Shown in pieces: positions 12,056-27,631 of a stretch of 64,000 bases of DNA. Below the pieces are notes generated by a model. That model was not told the origin of the DNA, made no database searches, and saw nothing but the letters and a program-made list of their open reading frames with translations. The stretch lies in NCBI RefSeq assembly GCF_009914755.1, contig NC_060932.1, one strand, 5' to 3'. The translations under genes were made by a program, and so were the position numbers. Position 1 is the first letter of the stretch; each line of letters opens with the position of its first letter. The stretch comes from the human T2T-CHM13v2.0 reference genome, Homo sapiens.

Positions 12056-12170
12056 CAGCCTTCCTGCAGGGAGGGAAAGGGGGGCTTTGGGATGCTTCTG
12101 CCCACTTTGTCATTGATGGCCAGAAGCCAGTAAGCAGTGAGCAGGTGACTGTCATAAGTCTGCAGGTGTG
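12056..12170 (+). other. Candidate spliced exon (probably non-coding or UTR)
   Basis: Acceptor-like CTTCCTCTTTACAG ending 12055; donor GTG|GTGAGT at 12170/12171; GC-richer unique DNA. Confidence 0.3.
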
Positions 12171-12594
12171 GTGAGTCCTTTAAATGCACTGATCTGAGCT
12201 TTTCAGTTTTGTATTTGAAATGAGATGTTTTTCATGTCGGTGTAGAATTCGCTTCTTGGGTTTGGTGGATATTTTAAACCATCTGCATTTGCCCACTTCT
12301 TTTCAATTTGTCTCTCTGATTAATCTCAGTAGAGATATGTCTTAGACAATTATATCTGATGGAAATTATGTACTTGGAATTTTAGCGATAGAGTTCCTTA
12401 TAGAGTTTCAATTTTTTGGAGAAAAAATGATTACTATCTTGAAACATTAATTAGAAGTAGTATATATTTTTGTCTGTTCATATAAAGATATCCATTCTTA
12501 AATTTTCCTTTGAAAATTTGAATTCAGTAATTATATAATATTTTTAGCTCAATTGACTAACCTATTTACTATAATGGGGATAAATTACACTTTT

Positions 12595-12889
12595 TAATTA
12601 ATTAATTTATTAAGGCACCGTCTCGCTCTGTTGCCCAGGCTGGAGTGCAGTGGGCAGTGGCACAATCTCCACTCAATGTAGCCTCTGCCTCTTGGGTTCA
12701 AGTGATTCTCATGCCTCAGCCTCCTGAGTAGCTGGGATTACAGGCATGCACCACAACACTCAGCTAATTTTTATATTTTTAGTAGAAACAGGGTTTCACC
12801 CTGTTGGCCAGGCTGGTCTCAAACTCCTGATCCACCTGCCTTGGGTTCCCAAAGTGCTAGGACTATAGGTGTGAGCCACTGCGCCCACC
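12595..12889 (-). mobile_element. Alu (AluS)
   Basis: Full dimer; flanks AC(A/T)CTTTTTA. Confidence 0.93.
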
Positions 12890-12892
12890 CAC

Positions 12893-13210
<318 letters not shown>

Positions 13211-13780
13211 TTTTTTTATTCTTATAGATAAAACTTGAAATAAACTTGGAGTTCTTTAGAGTTCTTGACATAAATATATGTCATTTCACTGTACTGGGGT
13301 GGAACTCTCTTTTTTGTCAGTCAACCAACTTGACAGTTTATTCACAGATAATGACATATGCTCAATTTGCCATTTTTAAATTGTAATCATGCAATCAAGC
13401 ATGTTCAGAAAAAAATCCAGTAGGCAGTGAATGCATGCTAGGTTACTTAGGCCATGGCTTTGGATAAAAGTGTTATTACTTTTGCAAACAAATGGTCCCT
13501 TTTTATTAATGTCAGTGCCACTTAACATTCTATTACCTTTTGATACATTACCTTGTGACTTTATTTTTTCCAGCTTTATTGAGGTATAACTGGTATTTAA
13601 AAAACTGCACATAATTAATTATGCCATTTGGTGAATTTGGACTATGTATACACTCATGTTGCCACCACCACAATCCAGGTGATAAACATATCTATCACCT
13701 CCAAAAGTTTCCTGGTAAATCCTCCCTTTTTTGTGTGTAAGAATACTTAACATGAGCTCTATGCTCTTAATAAAATTTTA

Positions 13781-15010
13781 TTTTATTTTATTTTTAGTTC
13801 TGGGGTGCATGTACAGGATGTGCAGGTTTGTTACATAGGTAAACGTGTGCCATGGTGGTTTGCTGCACCTATCAACCCATCACCTAGGTATTAAGCCCAG
13901 CATGCATTAACTATTTTTCCTAGTACTTTCCCCCCAACTCCCCTTTCCCCCAACAGGCCCCAGTGTGTGTTTTTCCCCTCCCTGTGTCCATGTGTTCTCA
14001 TTGTTCAGCTCCCACTTAGAAGTAAGAACATGAGGTGTTTGGTTTTCTGTTCCTGCATTAGTTTGCTGAAGATAATGGCTTTCAGCTTCATCCATGTCCC
14101 TGCAAAGGACATGATCTCATTCCTTTTTATGGCTTCATAGTATTCCATGGTGTATATGTACCACATTTTCTTTGCACAGTATATTATTGATAGGCATTTG
14201 AGTTGATTCCATGTCCTTGCTATTGTGAATAGTGCTGCAATGAACATAATGTGTGCATGTATCTTTGTAATAGAATGTCTTATATTCCCCTGGGTGTATA
14301 CCCAGTAATGGAATTGCTGGGTCAGATGGTATTTCTGGTTCTAGATCTCTGAGGAATTGCCACGCTGTCTTCCACGATGGTTGAACTAATTTACATTCCC
14401 ACCAATAGTGTAAAAGCGTTCCTATTTCTCCACAACCTCACCAGCATCTGTTGTTTCCTGACTTTTTAATAATGGCTGTTCTGACTGGCATGAGATGGTA
14501 TCTCACTGTGGTTTTGATTTGCATTTCTCTAATGATCAGTGATGTTGAACTTTTTTTCATGTTTGTTGGCTGCATGAATGTCTTCTTTTGAGAAGTGTCT
14601 GTTCATGTCCTTTGCCCACTTTTTGATGGTGTTGTTTTTTTCTTGTAAATTTGTTTGAGTTCCTTGTGATTCTGGATATCAGACCTTTGTCAGATGGATA
14701 GATTGCAAAATTTTTTTTCCCACTCTGTAGGTTGCCTGTTCACTCTGATGATAGTTTCTTTTGCTTTACAATAGGTCTTTAGTTTGCTTAGATCCCAATT
14801 GTAAATTTTTCTTTTGTTACAATTGCTTTTGGCAATATCATCATAAAATCTTTGCCCATGACTATGTCCTGAAGGGTACTGCCTAGATTTTCTTCTAGGG
14901 TTTTTATAGTTTTGGGTTTTACATGTAAGTCTTTAGTCTATCTTGAGTTAATTTTGTATAAGGTGTGAGAAAGGGGTCTAGTTTCAATTTTCTGCACATG
15001 GATAGCCAGC
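13781..15010 (-). mobile_element. L1PA (approximately PA10-13), 5'-truncated
   Basis: Antisense 3'UTR and ORF2 end; TSD AAAATTTTA (13772-13780, 15011-15019). Confidence 0.92.
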
Positions 15011-15073
15011 AAAATTTTAAGTGCACAATACCTTATTGTTAACTACAGGTACTTTGTCATACAGCAGATCTGA

Positions 15074-15404
<331 letters not shown>

Positions 15405-15835
15405 TAACTGTAATTTTATACCCATTGAATGACAGCTTCTCATATCCCCTTCCCCCATCTCCATGATTCTACTGTCTACTTCTTTATCTTTGATGATATT
15501 AGATATCTCCTATAAGAGGAATCATGTATTCAACCTTCCATCACTGACTTCCTTAGAATAATCCCTTCTAGGTCCATCCATGTTGTCACCAGAGGTAGGA
15601 TTTCCTTTTATAAGGCTGAATAATATTCCATTGTATGGATATACCACATTTTCTTTATCTATTCATCCCTCAAATCTTGGCTATTGTGAATAATGTTGCA
15701 ATAAGCATGGGAATGTAGGTATCTTTTTGAGATCCTGATTTCAATTGTTTTGGATATACCCCGAAATGGGATTGCTGGATAGTATAGTAGTTCTGTTTTT
15801 AGTTATTTGAGCATCCTTCACACTGTTTTTGATAG

Positions 15836-16267
<432 letters not shown>

Positions 16268-16910
16268 CTCATTGTCATTTTAACTTAGATTTCCCTGATA
16301 ATTAGCAATGTTGAGCATCTTTCATATACCTTTTGGTCATTTGCATGTCTTCTTTGGAGAAATGTCTATTCAAATCCTTTGCCCATTGTTAAATTTATTA
16401 TTATTATTTTTGCTATTGAGTTTTAGGAATTCCTTATATATTTTGGAAATCAACCCCTTATCAGATATGTGGTTTGCAAATATTTTCCTCCATTTGGAAG
16501 GTTGCCTTATTACTCTGCTGACTGTCTCCTTTGCTGAATGGAACTCCCTTTTGATGGTAGGTGAAAACATTTCTCATTCGCTCTCAGAATGGCAAAATTG
16601 TAGACAAAATATAAAGTCATAAAAAGAAAATTATTCCAAGTTAGTTAAAATAGAAAACTGTTCACAGTTAGTACATACAATACAAATGAGTTAATATGTG
16701 TGGAAAACTTCAAATAGTTTCTGACAAATGATTTGTGCTTAGTGTGTGCCAGGTGATATGATTATGTAATAGGCAGATGCAATTGCCAGTAACGGAATAA
16801 AGTAGGAGCGGGTCTTCCTATTTATTGAATAACATGACTTGCCTTTCAACTTGATCTTTGGTAATACTTAGCAATGGATGTTATTAGAATAAAAAAGATC
16901 AAGAGGCCTA

Positions 16911-17272
<362 letters not shown>

Positions 17273-17614
17273 GCAAGAACTACCATACTTATGTGATTTC
17301 ATATTTTTTAATTGATAAAGAAAATAAGTATGCATCCTTCAATTTTTCAGAAAATTAACAACCCCCAGGGGCCCCAAAAGGACAGAAAGTATATTCTACT
17401 TACCAGTATGATAGGTTGGTTTTTTTTTCAAATAAATGTAATTGCAATTGATACACTTATTGAATTCATACACTGTACATTTTTTTCATGTTTAAGGATT
17501 TTGACATTTAGGAATTACTAGAGGTTCAGGAATTTGACGTTCTATCTGGTACAAGACCAATATAAAATAGTCTGTTTCTCTACCACAACTTTGTGATTAC
17601 TATTTAATTTTCAG

Positions 17615-17896
17615 GAAGGCAACAAAAGTTGTTGTAGTGATTCTTAACATTTAGATTGGGCTCTAGGACCAAAAGGTGCCATCACATCTGTTACCCCGTT
17701 TCCACGTGAGATGGGCTGTGTGATTCTCATCTTAGCTGTGATTCAGAAGCCACTCACCTTACATTTCTGAGATCACCGCTCTTTCTACCACATCACAGCT
17801 TCTTGCAAGGTACTGTGCTTGTATTTAGATGTATCGTGGCAACACCTAAAAATAAGCAATAGCATCTAACAGACTTGTGTCATTCAGCAACTTTAG
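17615..17896 (+). other. Candidate non-coding exon
   Basis: TATTTAATTTTCAG acceptor ending 17614; consensus donor TAG|GTAAGT at 17896/17897; 5' boundary uncertain. Confidence 0.25.
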
Positions 17897-17975
17897 GTAA
17901 GTGTATTTTTCTGTGATTACTTTGCACTTGAGAGCACAGGGTGGATCCTTTCACTTTCTTCCCTTGAATAGTTTT

Positions 17976-18499
<524 letters not shown>

Positions 18500-18584
18500 A
18501 ACAATATATTTTCTAATAGGATGGTCAGTAGAGAATGAAGTCTTATTTGTTTCCTCATCATGGTGCTCCTCTGCATTAGGGGGG

Positions 18585-18935
18585 TGTATTTGTCCATTTG
18601 GACTGCTATCAGAATACCACAGACTGCTTGGCTCATAAACCACAGAAATTGATTTCTCACAGTTTTGGAGGTTGGGAAGTCCAAGATCAAGGCGCTAGCA
18701 GATTCAGTTGTCTAGTGAGGGCCTGCTTCCTGGTTTATAGACTGTTGTCTTTTCTGTGTCCTAACATGGTACAGTAGGCCAGGGAGCATTTTGGGGTCTC
18801 CTTCATGAAGGGAACCAATCCCATTCATAAAGCCTCCAACCTCATGACCTCCTAGAGGCCAGGCCCTACCTTGTGGTATCATTACATAGGGGGTTAGGAT
18901 TTCAACTGAATTTTGGGGGCACAAATATTCAGGCT
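18585..18935 (-). mobile_element. MLT1A-type MaLR LTR
   Basis: TGTATTTGTCCATTTGGACTGCTAT...GAAGTCCAAGATCAAGG...GAATTTTGGGGGCACAAATATTCAG. Confidence 0.88.
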
Positions 18936-19004
18936 AGGGTAGGGAGCAACTTTGATGGAGCACTTTGTTTTTTAGTTCTTTGCAGCCCTTAGTTTTGTTT
19001 GTTT

Positions 19005-19308
19005 TTATTATGTATTTATTTATTTTTGAGATAGGAGCTTGCTCTGTTGTCCAAGCTGGAGGGCAATGGCATGATTGTAGCTCACTGCAGCCTTGAACTC
19101 CTGGGTTCAAGCAATCCTCCCGCCTCAGCCTTGCAAGTAACTGGGACTACAGGAGTGCACCATCACACCCAGCTAATTTTTTGTGTTTTGTAGAGACAGG
19201 GTCTTGTTATGTTGCCCAGGCTGGCCTCAAATTCCTGGCATCAAGCGATCCTCCCTCCTTGGCCTCCCAAATTGTTGGGATTACAGGCATGAGCCACTGT
19301 GCCCAGCC
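19005..19308 (-). mobile_element. AluJ
   Basis: CAGCCTTGAACTCCTGGG; GGGTCTTGTTATGTTGCCCAGG. Confidence 0.92.
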
Positions 19309-19584
19309 AGTTTGTTTTGAAGCTTCTCAGTCACATACAGTAACCCATTGAGGAAAGTTAGAAGAGTTGTTTTTGGCTTCTTAGCTTCTTAACAGTGAAT
19401 TAGGCCACTAGTTAATTTACTCTAATAGAGTCTTATGCTCTGTTGGAGTAAACACCTGTTTTGGTAACAGTCATTTAATCAGTTGGGTACCCTGACAACC
19501 CTGCTTTCCCCTTATTCTACTAGCTAGCACTAGTTCTTCAAAGTCACCCGTTCAGATTACCCCAGAGGCTTATCTATTCCCTTA

Positions 19585-19920
19585 TTTTAATTTAACAAAT
19601 ATCTATTAAAAGCATATATATTCAGATAATTTTCCAGGCCTCATGGGACACTTATGAAGATGAACAAGTCAGTTTATATCCCTCAAGATGCTCATAATTT
19701 ACTAGGCATGCTATATACAAAGTTGTTTTACTCTAGCTCTGATGGTGTTAGGTGCTGTGATGGAAGGGCCTATGTCAGGGCTGCCAGAGAACAATGGAAG
19801 GAGTTACTAATTTCTCACAGATAGGATAGTGAACTCCACAGGGAATGTGGCATTTGAGTTAGATCTGAAGAAGATAAATGGGTTTCACCGCCTGGAAGGA
19901 AGAGGAAGAGGAAAGGGAAT
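19585..19920 (-). mobile_element. L2 3' fragment
   Basis: TTTAACAAATATCTATT...CCCTCAAGATGCTCA...GGCATTTGAGTTAGATCTGAAG. Confidence 0.6.
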
Positions 19921-20241
19921 TCTAGTTTGTGGATATAACTTGAAGAAAATTCAGAAAGATTTAGATTTTCAAGTGCATGATGTTTTAGCAATTTTTTTAC
20001 ATAAAGAATTAATGTTATAATATTCATTAATAGAGGGGTTATAATGTTATGCATGGTAATGATATTTGAGATCTAAGGTTGGAAAAAAGCACATGGAGAA
20101 AAGGGCTGAAAGTGAAATTCTCAGTCATGTTCACAGTTGCAGAGTTGATGGAGGAGGAAATCTAGAGATAGAATCTGAGTAAGCAAGTCCTAGCAAATAG
20201 ATTAGGAATCATGACAGTAAAATTGGACATTAAAATTATTG

Positions 20242-20282
20242 TCCCAGTTGGATAAAGAAAATATCCCAGTTGGATAAAGAAA
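20242..20282 (+). repeat. Perfect 19-bp direct repeat TCCCAGTTGGATAAAGAAA x2
   Basis: 20242-20260 and 20264-20282. Confidence 0.95.
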
Positions 20283-20286
20283 AGAA

Positions 20287-20676
20287 ATCTGAGGGTGGAA
20301 GGATGAAGGCTTAGGGACATAAAGAACAATGCCCTCCCTCCCTGGCTTTTTACAAATAGAATTTGATTGCTCTCTTGTGGGAACATACACTGGCATTCAG
20401 GTAGACTGTGAGAAAATTAAGGAGTTGGGATGCTGTGACAACAGCAGCACCCAGGAAGCTGGCATTGAGAAGGAAGACACTGTGTTTTCTTTTTTCTTTC
20501 CCTTTTCTTCTTCTTCTTTTTTTTGGAGACAGAGTTTCGCTTTTGTCACCTAGGCTGGAGTGCAGTGGCACAATCTCAGTTCACTGCAACCTCCGCCTTC
20601 CAGGTTCAAGCGATTCTTCTGCCTCAGCCTCTTGAGTAGCTAGAACCACAGACTGCTCTGCCCCCATGCCCGGCTA
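20287..20676 (+). repeat. Local duplication, copy B (ends mid-Alu)
   Basis: About 12 substitutions plus one 4-bp indel over ~205 unique bp versus copy A. Confidence 0.95.
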
Positions 20677-20684
20677 TATGGGTA

Positions 20685-21073
20685 TGTATATGGTACATAT
20701 ACACCATAACAAAGAACGACATCATGTCTTTTGCAGAAACATGGTTGGAGCTGGAGGCCACTATCCTTAGCAAACTAACTCAGGAACAGAAAGCCAAATA
20801 CCACATGTTCTCACTTATAAGTGGGAGCTAAATGATGAGAAATCATGGACACAGAGGGGAACAACACACACTGGGGCCTACTTAAGGATGGAGGGTGGGA
20901 GGAGGGAGAGGATCAGAAAAAATAACTATTGGGCATAGGCTTAGTACCTGGGTGATGAAATAATCTGTACACCAAATTCCCGTGACATGAGTTTACCAGT
21001 ATAACAAATCTGAACGTGTACCTTTGAACCTAAAATAAAAGTAAAAAACAAACAAACAAACAAACAAACAAAA
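20685..21073 (+). mobile_element. L1 3' end (L1PA15/16-L1PB-like) with (CAAA)n tail
   Basis: GAGCTGGAGGCCACTATCCTTAGCAAACTAAC...GAACCTAAAATAAAAGT. Confidence 0.9.
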
Positions 21074-21074
21074 T

Positions 21075-22016
<942 letters not shown>

Positions 22017-22169
22017 CTATCTAGAATAAAGTACTTGCTGTTAAATAGACAACAAAAATAAAAAGTCGATAAACAACAAAAAAATTGTCCCAAACGTTTG
22101 CATTATTAACAAAATTCTTGATTTTGGTATGCCTTGGATATCTGAAATCAACATGAATAAATTACATTC

Positions 22170-22430
22170 ATGATTTTGATATCTGCCATCCTACTTCTCC
22201 TCTTATTCTTTTAGCTCAGTAGATGGCACCATGCAGTTGCTCATGGTATAAACCTCACCGTCAACCTCATTTCCTTTTCTCTAGTATCTCCCACATCCTA
22301 TCAGTCACCGATCCAGATGTCCCTTCCTCCAAAATACTCCTCAGTGTACCTGACTCAGCTCCATTCCTGCAGCCACTCCTGCAGTAAAGCCACCTATTGT
22401 AGCTACTGCATCAGTCACTGAGCTGGTTTG
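22170..22430 (+). mobile_element. L2 fragment (continues at ~23390)
   Basis: CTCAGTAGATGGCACCA...CAGTTGCTCA...CCCACATCCTATCAGTCACC. Confidence 0.7.
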
Positions 22431-22433
22431 GGG

Positions 22434-22629
22434 CAGTGGTTCTCAGAAAACTGGGGCTATTAGGCAAGATCTGAAGGCATTTCTGATTGTCATGACTAGG
22501 GCAAGGTGCTACTGGCATCTCGTGGGTAGAGACCTGGGATGCTGCTAAACATTCTCCAGTGCACAGGAAAGCCCCACAACAATGATCTGGCCCGAATCAT
22601 GTCAACAGTGTGGCCACTGGGAAATCCTG
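22434..22629. mobile_element. MER20 (hAT-Charlie MITE)
   Basis: CAGTGGTTCTCA...TGCTACTGGCATCT.GTGGGTAGAG.CC.GGGATGCTGCTAAACAT...GAAATCCTG. Confidence 0.9.
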
Positions 22630-23389
22630 GCAAAGGAACATCTTTTACCATCTGCCTGATAAAATTTCCCGAAAGCAGTGTGCATAATCTAGAAAATAAA
22701 AAGATGTAATTACCGTTATTTAAAAATGACAGATATTTCTATGCATCACTAAAACCCCAAATGGGCACTCATTTTATACTAGAATGACAAATTTTGTTAA
22801 ATGGATCCAACAGTTGATGATTTTAATAGTTAACATCAGGATAACATTGGTTACCTTAGCATATACAAGTAAATCATTTTCTCTGCCTTAATCACTGTCA
22901 TACAGTTGTGTGTCTGCTCTTGTTAATTTCTTTTATAATGGTTATGTTCTTTTAAGAGTATGCTTACTACTGGATTCCACATAGGATATTCAATGGTTAG
23001 CAATTTAAACTTAAAAAATCCTAACAGAACAGAAAATACCAAGGAAATAAAAGCAATGCAAACAAACTGACGTTGTGGAGGGAAGACCAAATGAAATTAT
23101 CACTGTTATAAACTGTGCAGCTAAAACTAGGTCAACACGAATACTGTGAAGGGAGCATTGGCAGTTACGTGGCAAGTTGTGCAATTGTGAAGTTAACTGC
23201 ATCATGGCTTTCCTCTCCTGATGGGATGGCATACACTCAGACTCCCAGTAGATGGGGAAAAGTGCCTCTTAAGCCAAGATGGGATTTCAAATGCAACTCC
23301 AGACACAATCAGTTTCTCCTAATGAAAATGGAACAAGTTAGAGCATGACTATTTTAAATTTGTGTTGTTTTTACATTAAGCAACAACAT

Positions 23390-23720
23390 AACAAGGATCC
23401 TAATCATGCCATGTCTCTGCTTAACATCCTTTAGAGGTTTTCTTTGCAATTTGAATTAAGTCTAAATTCTTGGCTAAAGTTTAAAAAGCTGTGCAAGGTC
23501 TGAACTCAACACCCCTCTCTTACCTCTTATCTCTCTGCAATTGGCCTTCCTGAACTTCTTTCAGATACTTGTACATATAATGCTCACTCATCCTGTTACT
23601 TCTGCTACCTTGCATGTGCTAATTTCTCTGTCTGAAACATCCTGTTTCCCCATCCCCAACCTTCCTGGTGGGCGTCTCCATCCAACTGACCCAACTTGCC
23701 TTTTAGCTTTCGAGTGTCCA
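23390..23720 (+). mobile_element. L2 fragment
   Basis: ATCATGCCATGTCTCTGCTTAACATCCTT...TGGCCTTCCTGAAC...TTGCATGTGCT. Confidence 0.65.
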
Positions 23721-24128
23721 TTTTGTTGTGTTGCTAGCAGTGCTAAATTCCCAGCTGTTTCTGTGAGGCTTATCTAAGTTTCCAAGAAAGTGTAACCTTC
23801 CTTCCCCCAATCAATCAATCAAACAAACAAACAAAGCTATTAGAAGCGGAAGTACTAGGTATTTCATCAATTGTTAAATGTTGTGCTCCATTAACACTGA
23901 CTTTTGGTCAGTATGCAATATTCTTCCTCTGTTATTCATTGATCTTCATCGAGTTTGGGTTTTCCATAGCACAATTATGCTAGTTTACACCTGAATAGAG
24001 CCCCCACAAACTATCTTTAGCAGTAAAAGAAATGAAACAAAATAAATGGAAACAGAAGAATGTATCTCTTGGAGGGGAGAGTTCAGAATATGAGAGTTAA
24101 AACTCCTTGAATACTTCATGTAATATTC

Positions 24129-24414
24129 TTTTTTTTTTTGAGACAAGATCTCACTCTGTCTCTCAGGATGAAGTGCAGTGGAATGATCTCAGCTCACTGC
24201 AACCTCTGCCTCCTGGGTTCAAGCCATTCTCATACTTTGGCCTCCTGAATAGCTGGGACTACAGGTGCCTGCCACCAAGTCGAGAATTTTTGTATTTTTA
24301 GTAGAGATAGGATTTCATGTTGGCCAGGCTGTTCTTGAACTCCTAGCCTCAAGTGATCTGCCTGACTTGGCCTTCCAAAGTCCTGAGATTACACATGTGA
24401 GCCACCGCGCCTGG
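24129..24414 (-). mobile_element. Alu (old S/J)
   Basis: Full dimer; TSD TGTAA(T/A)ATTCTT. Confidence 0.92.
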
Positions 24415-25104
24415 TGTTGTGTAAAATTCTTGATCATCCCTGAGAACTTCCATAAAATTACTGAAGGGTTATCACTTTCTATGTGTGGTATTAGATCCCA
24501 TAGTTGAGTAAGTCTATTTATGCTGTTATCACCATGTTAATTACTTCTGTATCATTTTAAAAACTAGCTTTTTGGAGGTGAAGTGTAGTTTTAATCTTTA
24601 GGATAGTGCTTTGACCTTCTCTTTAGAAGAAAAACATGTAAAAATCATCTTAATGCTCAGTGATTGGGAAACTGTGTTGCAGACTCACCCTGTGAATTCA
24701 GGAAGTCCATTTTGGCTCAGCTTGAATTCCAGTTTCCAACAGGGCTGTGCCCTTGCTCTCTACGTCCTCTGAATTCTTAGCTGATACTATTAGGAAGTAA
24801 AATATGATAATATGTCAAACTGTCAATGAATGCTTTCCTTAAATATAATAGGAGCTTTATGACTAAGTGCCAACACTGTTTGGATTTTATTTGACCTGAA
24901 CAGCAAGTCTGCATTTATGCATAAGACATTATGCTATATATATAAATTATGGTGTCTAAATAGGTACAGAAGCATTCTAGAGGTTAGCAGCTTAGGAAGT
25001 CAAGTCTTAATGTGTTTGGAGAGGAGCATCTTAAATGAGGATTCTGAAGGATGTAGATAGTTGAGAGTAAAAAGCACAGCATCAGAGAGAGGGTACGTAA
25101 CTCT

Positions 25105-25475
25105 ATGTGGAAGCTAATTCTAACTGGAAAATGGCCATAGTCATGAAGGATGTTCACCAATCATTCTGCCTGCCTTCCAGACACATTCCAGGCATTGAAG
25201 TTAGACATAGATCTGTGATTCGACGTGGCCAATAGAAAGATAGCTGAAGTGCTGAGAGTCTTTTCTGGCAGAAGTCTGTTGGAACAAAACTGGGAATTTC
25301 CAAGTGTCTTAAGCCATGTTCCACTGACTGGCGATGTTCCAGATGGGGGAGGCCTCATCAGCCTGCACCCCTCAGTGAAGATGATGAGGGTGTGTCCAAG
25401 TAAGCCTCTATGATTTTGGGGCCTGTGATTTTGAGGTTATTACAATAGCATAAACCAGACTATCATGACCGATAG
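25105..25475 (+). mobile_element. Old MaLR LTR (MLT1J-like)
   Basis: TGGCCAATAGAAAG, GATGTTCCAGATGG, CATCAGCCTG, TTATTACAATAGCATAAACCAGACTATCATGAC. Confidence 0.65.
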
Positions 25476-26552
25476 AGTGGGCTGTTGTTTCCTTACCTAG
25501 ATTGAAAAAAATTCAGAATGTCAGGGTACATCTGATTCTCTGAAATTGTCACCATCTTATAGGAGGCCATGGGGAAAGTGTATGAGGAAACAGATGATGA
25601 AATATCACAGAGCTATGTTTCTATATATGACACCTTATACAATTAAGATGAATGGAAAGAGAATTAAAATTAAATAGGTTTGCCATTTACTCTACTAGAT
25701 AGCTCTATTTAATTTAATAATTGCTTAGCATAATTAATTATACATTTATTTACAGACTGTAAATATCATATCTCCTCCTGTGTTTGACTCATACATCTTG
25801 AAACTCCCAGGCTATTTGATTAGAAATATCCAAACTCGGGGTGGCACATAGAATGATTATGATGGGAATTTTAAAAAACAAACTAAGAATCACCACCTTC
25901 TCTCTAATCTTAAAGTATATGTTGTTTAAGAATTTTTCACACTCTGATTTATATTATAGATAAAAAATATACCTGGATACTCAATTAGACTTCATTGTTT
26001 TGAGAGCAAAAACCTGTCTGGTGTATTTAAGAGAGTTTCTGGTCCATAGAGTGTGCTCTGAAATGTTTTGAATATTTGAATGTTTAGAATTAAATGAATT
26101 GGCAAGTGATAACAATCATACCACGTGAATGGAGATCAACAAAACCGCATTGAAATTTATGTCAAGGAACAATGATTTTGCTTTCTGGAATAGATTGAGA
26201 GATAGCATCAATCCACAGTTAGGAAGATAGCTAGTCACTGGGAGATCATTCGGAATAAGCTCTCATTTGGTCATAGAGAACATAATTCTGTTTAATATCA
26301 TGATGTTTTTTAAGCTCAGAGAAGCAGACGGTAGCCAAGAGGGTTGGAGAGATGTCAGAATGGAACCTACCAGGATAATTTTCTTTCATCTGTGGTAGTT
26401 GCTTAGCCCAATGGAAAAAAGAGTATTTAGTCTCAAGCAAGGGACTTTGTATCATTAACATTAACATTAGGCAGATGGTGAACCTGAGAGACATGCTCAG
26501 TTGTTAGTATTTTGCCTTATGAGATAAGCCAAAGCAAATTCGTTGCTAACAT

Positions 26553-26856
26553 TGTTTTTTCTTTGTTTTGAGACTGAGTCTTGCTCTGTTGTTCCAGCTG
26601 GAGTGTAGTGGCCTGGTTCAATCTTGGCTCACTGCAACCTCCGCCTCCTGGATTCAAGCGATTCTCCTGCCTCAGCCTCTCAAATAGCTGGGATTATAGG
26701 CATCCACCAGCATGCCCAGCTAATTTTTATATTTTTAGTAGAGTTAGGGTTTCACTATGTTGGCCAGGCTGGTCTCAAACCCCTGACCTCAAGTGATCAA
26801 CCCATCTGGGCCTCCCAAAGTGCTGGGATTACAGGTGAGAGCCACAGTGCCTGGCC
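26553..26856 (-). mobile_element. AluS (Sz/Sx-like)
   Basis: Full dimer; TGCTAACAT on both sides. Confidence 0.93.
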
Positions 26857-27631
26857 ATATGCTAACATATTTATGCATGAATAGCATTAGTTTAGTTTAA
26901 ACTGGAGTTCAACACATAGCTGCGTGCTTTATTTATTTATTTATTTATTTATTTTTTTAGCTTTATCGAGGTATGATTGACAAGAATTGTATATATTTAA
27001 GGTGTACAACTCGATGTTTTGATATGTGTACACATGGTGAAATGATTATCACAATCAAGTTAATTAAGATATCCATCACCTCACATAGTTACCATTTTGT
27101 GTGTGTGTGTGTGTGTGTGTATTGAGAACACTTAAAATCTACCCTCTTTGCAAATTTCAGCATACAATACGGTATTATTAACTGTAGTCACCATGCTGTA
27201 CATTAGATCTCCAAAACTCATTCATCTTGCATAACTGAAATTGCATGCCGTTTGACCAACATCTCCCCATTCCACAGTCCCTGGCAACCACCATTCTACT
27301 CTCTGCTTCTGTGAGTTTGACTATTTTAGATTCCACATATAAGTGAGATCCTGAAGTGTCTTTCTGTGTCTGGATTATTTCACTTAGCATAACATCCTCC
27401 AGGTTCATGTTGTCACAAATGGTGGGATTTCATTCTTTTTAAAGGCAGAATAATATTATATTGTGTGTACACACACACACACACACGCACGCACACCACA
27501 TTTTCTCTATCCACTCATCTGTCAACTGGCATTTAGGTTGTTTCCATATTTTGGTTATTGTGAATAATGCTTCAATGAACATGGGGTATAGATATCTCTT
27601 TGAGATCCTGATTTAATTTCCTTTGGATATA

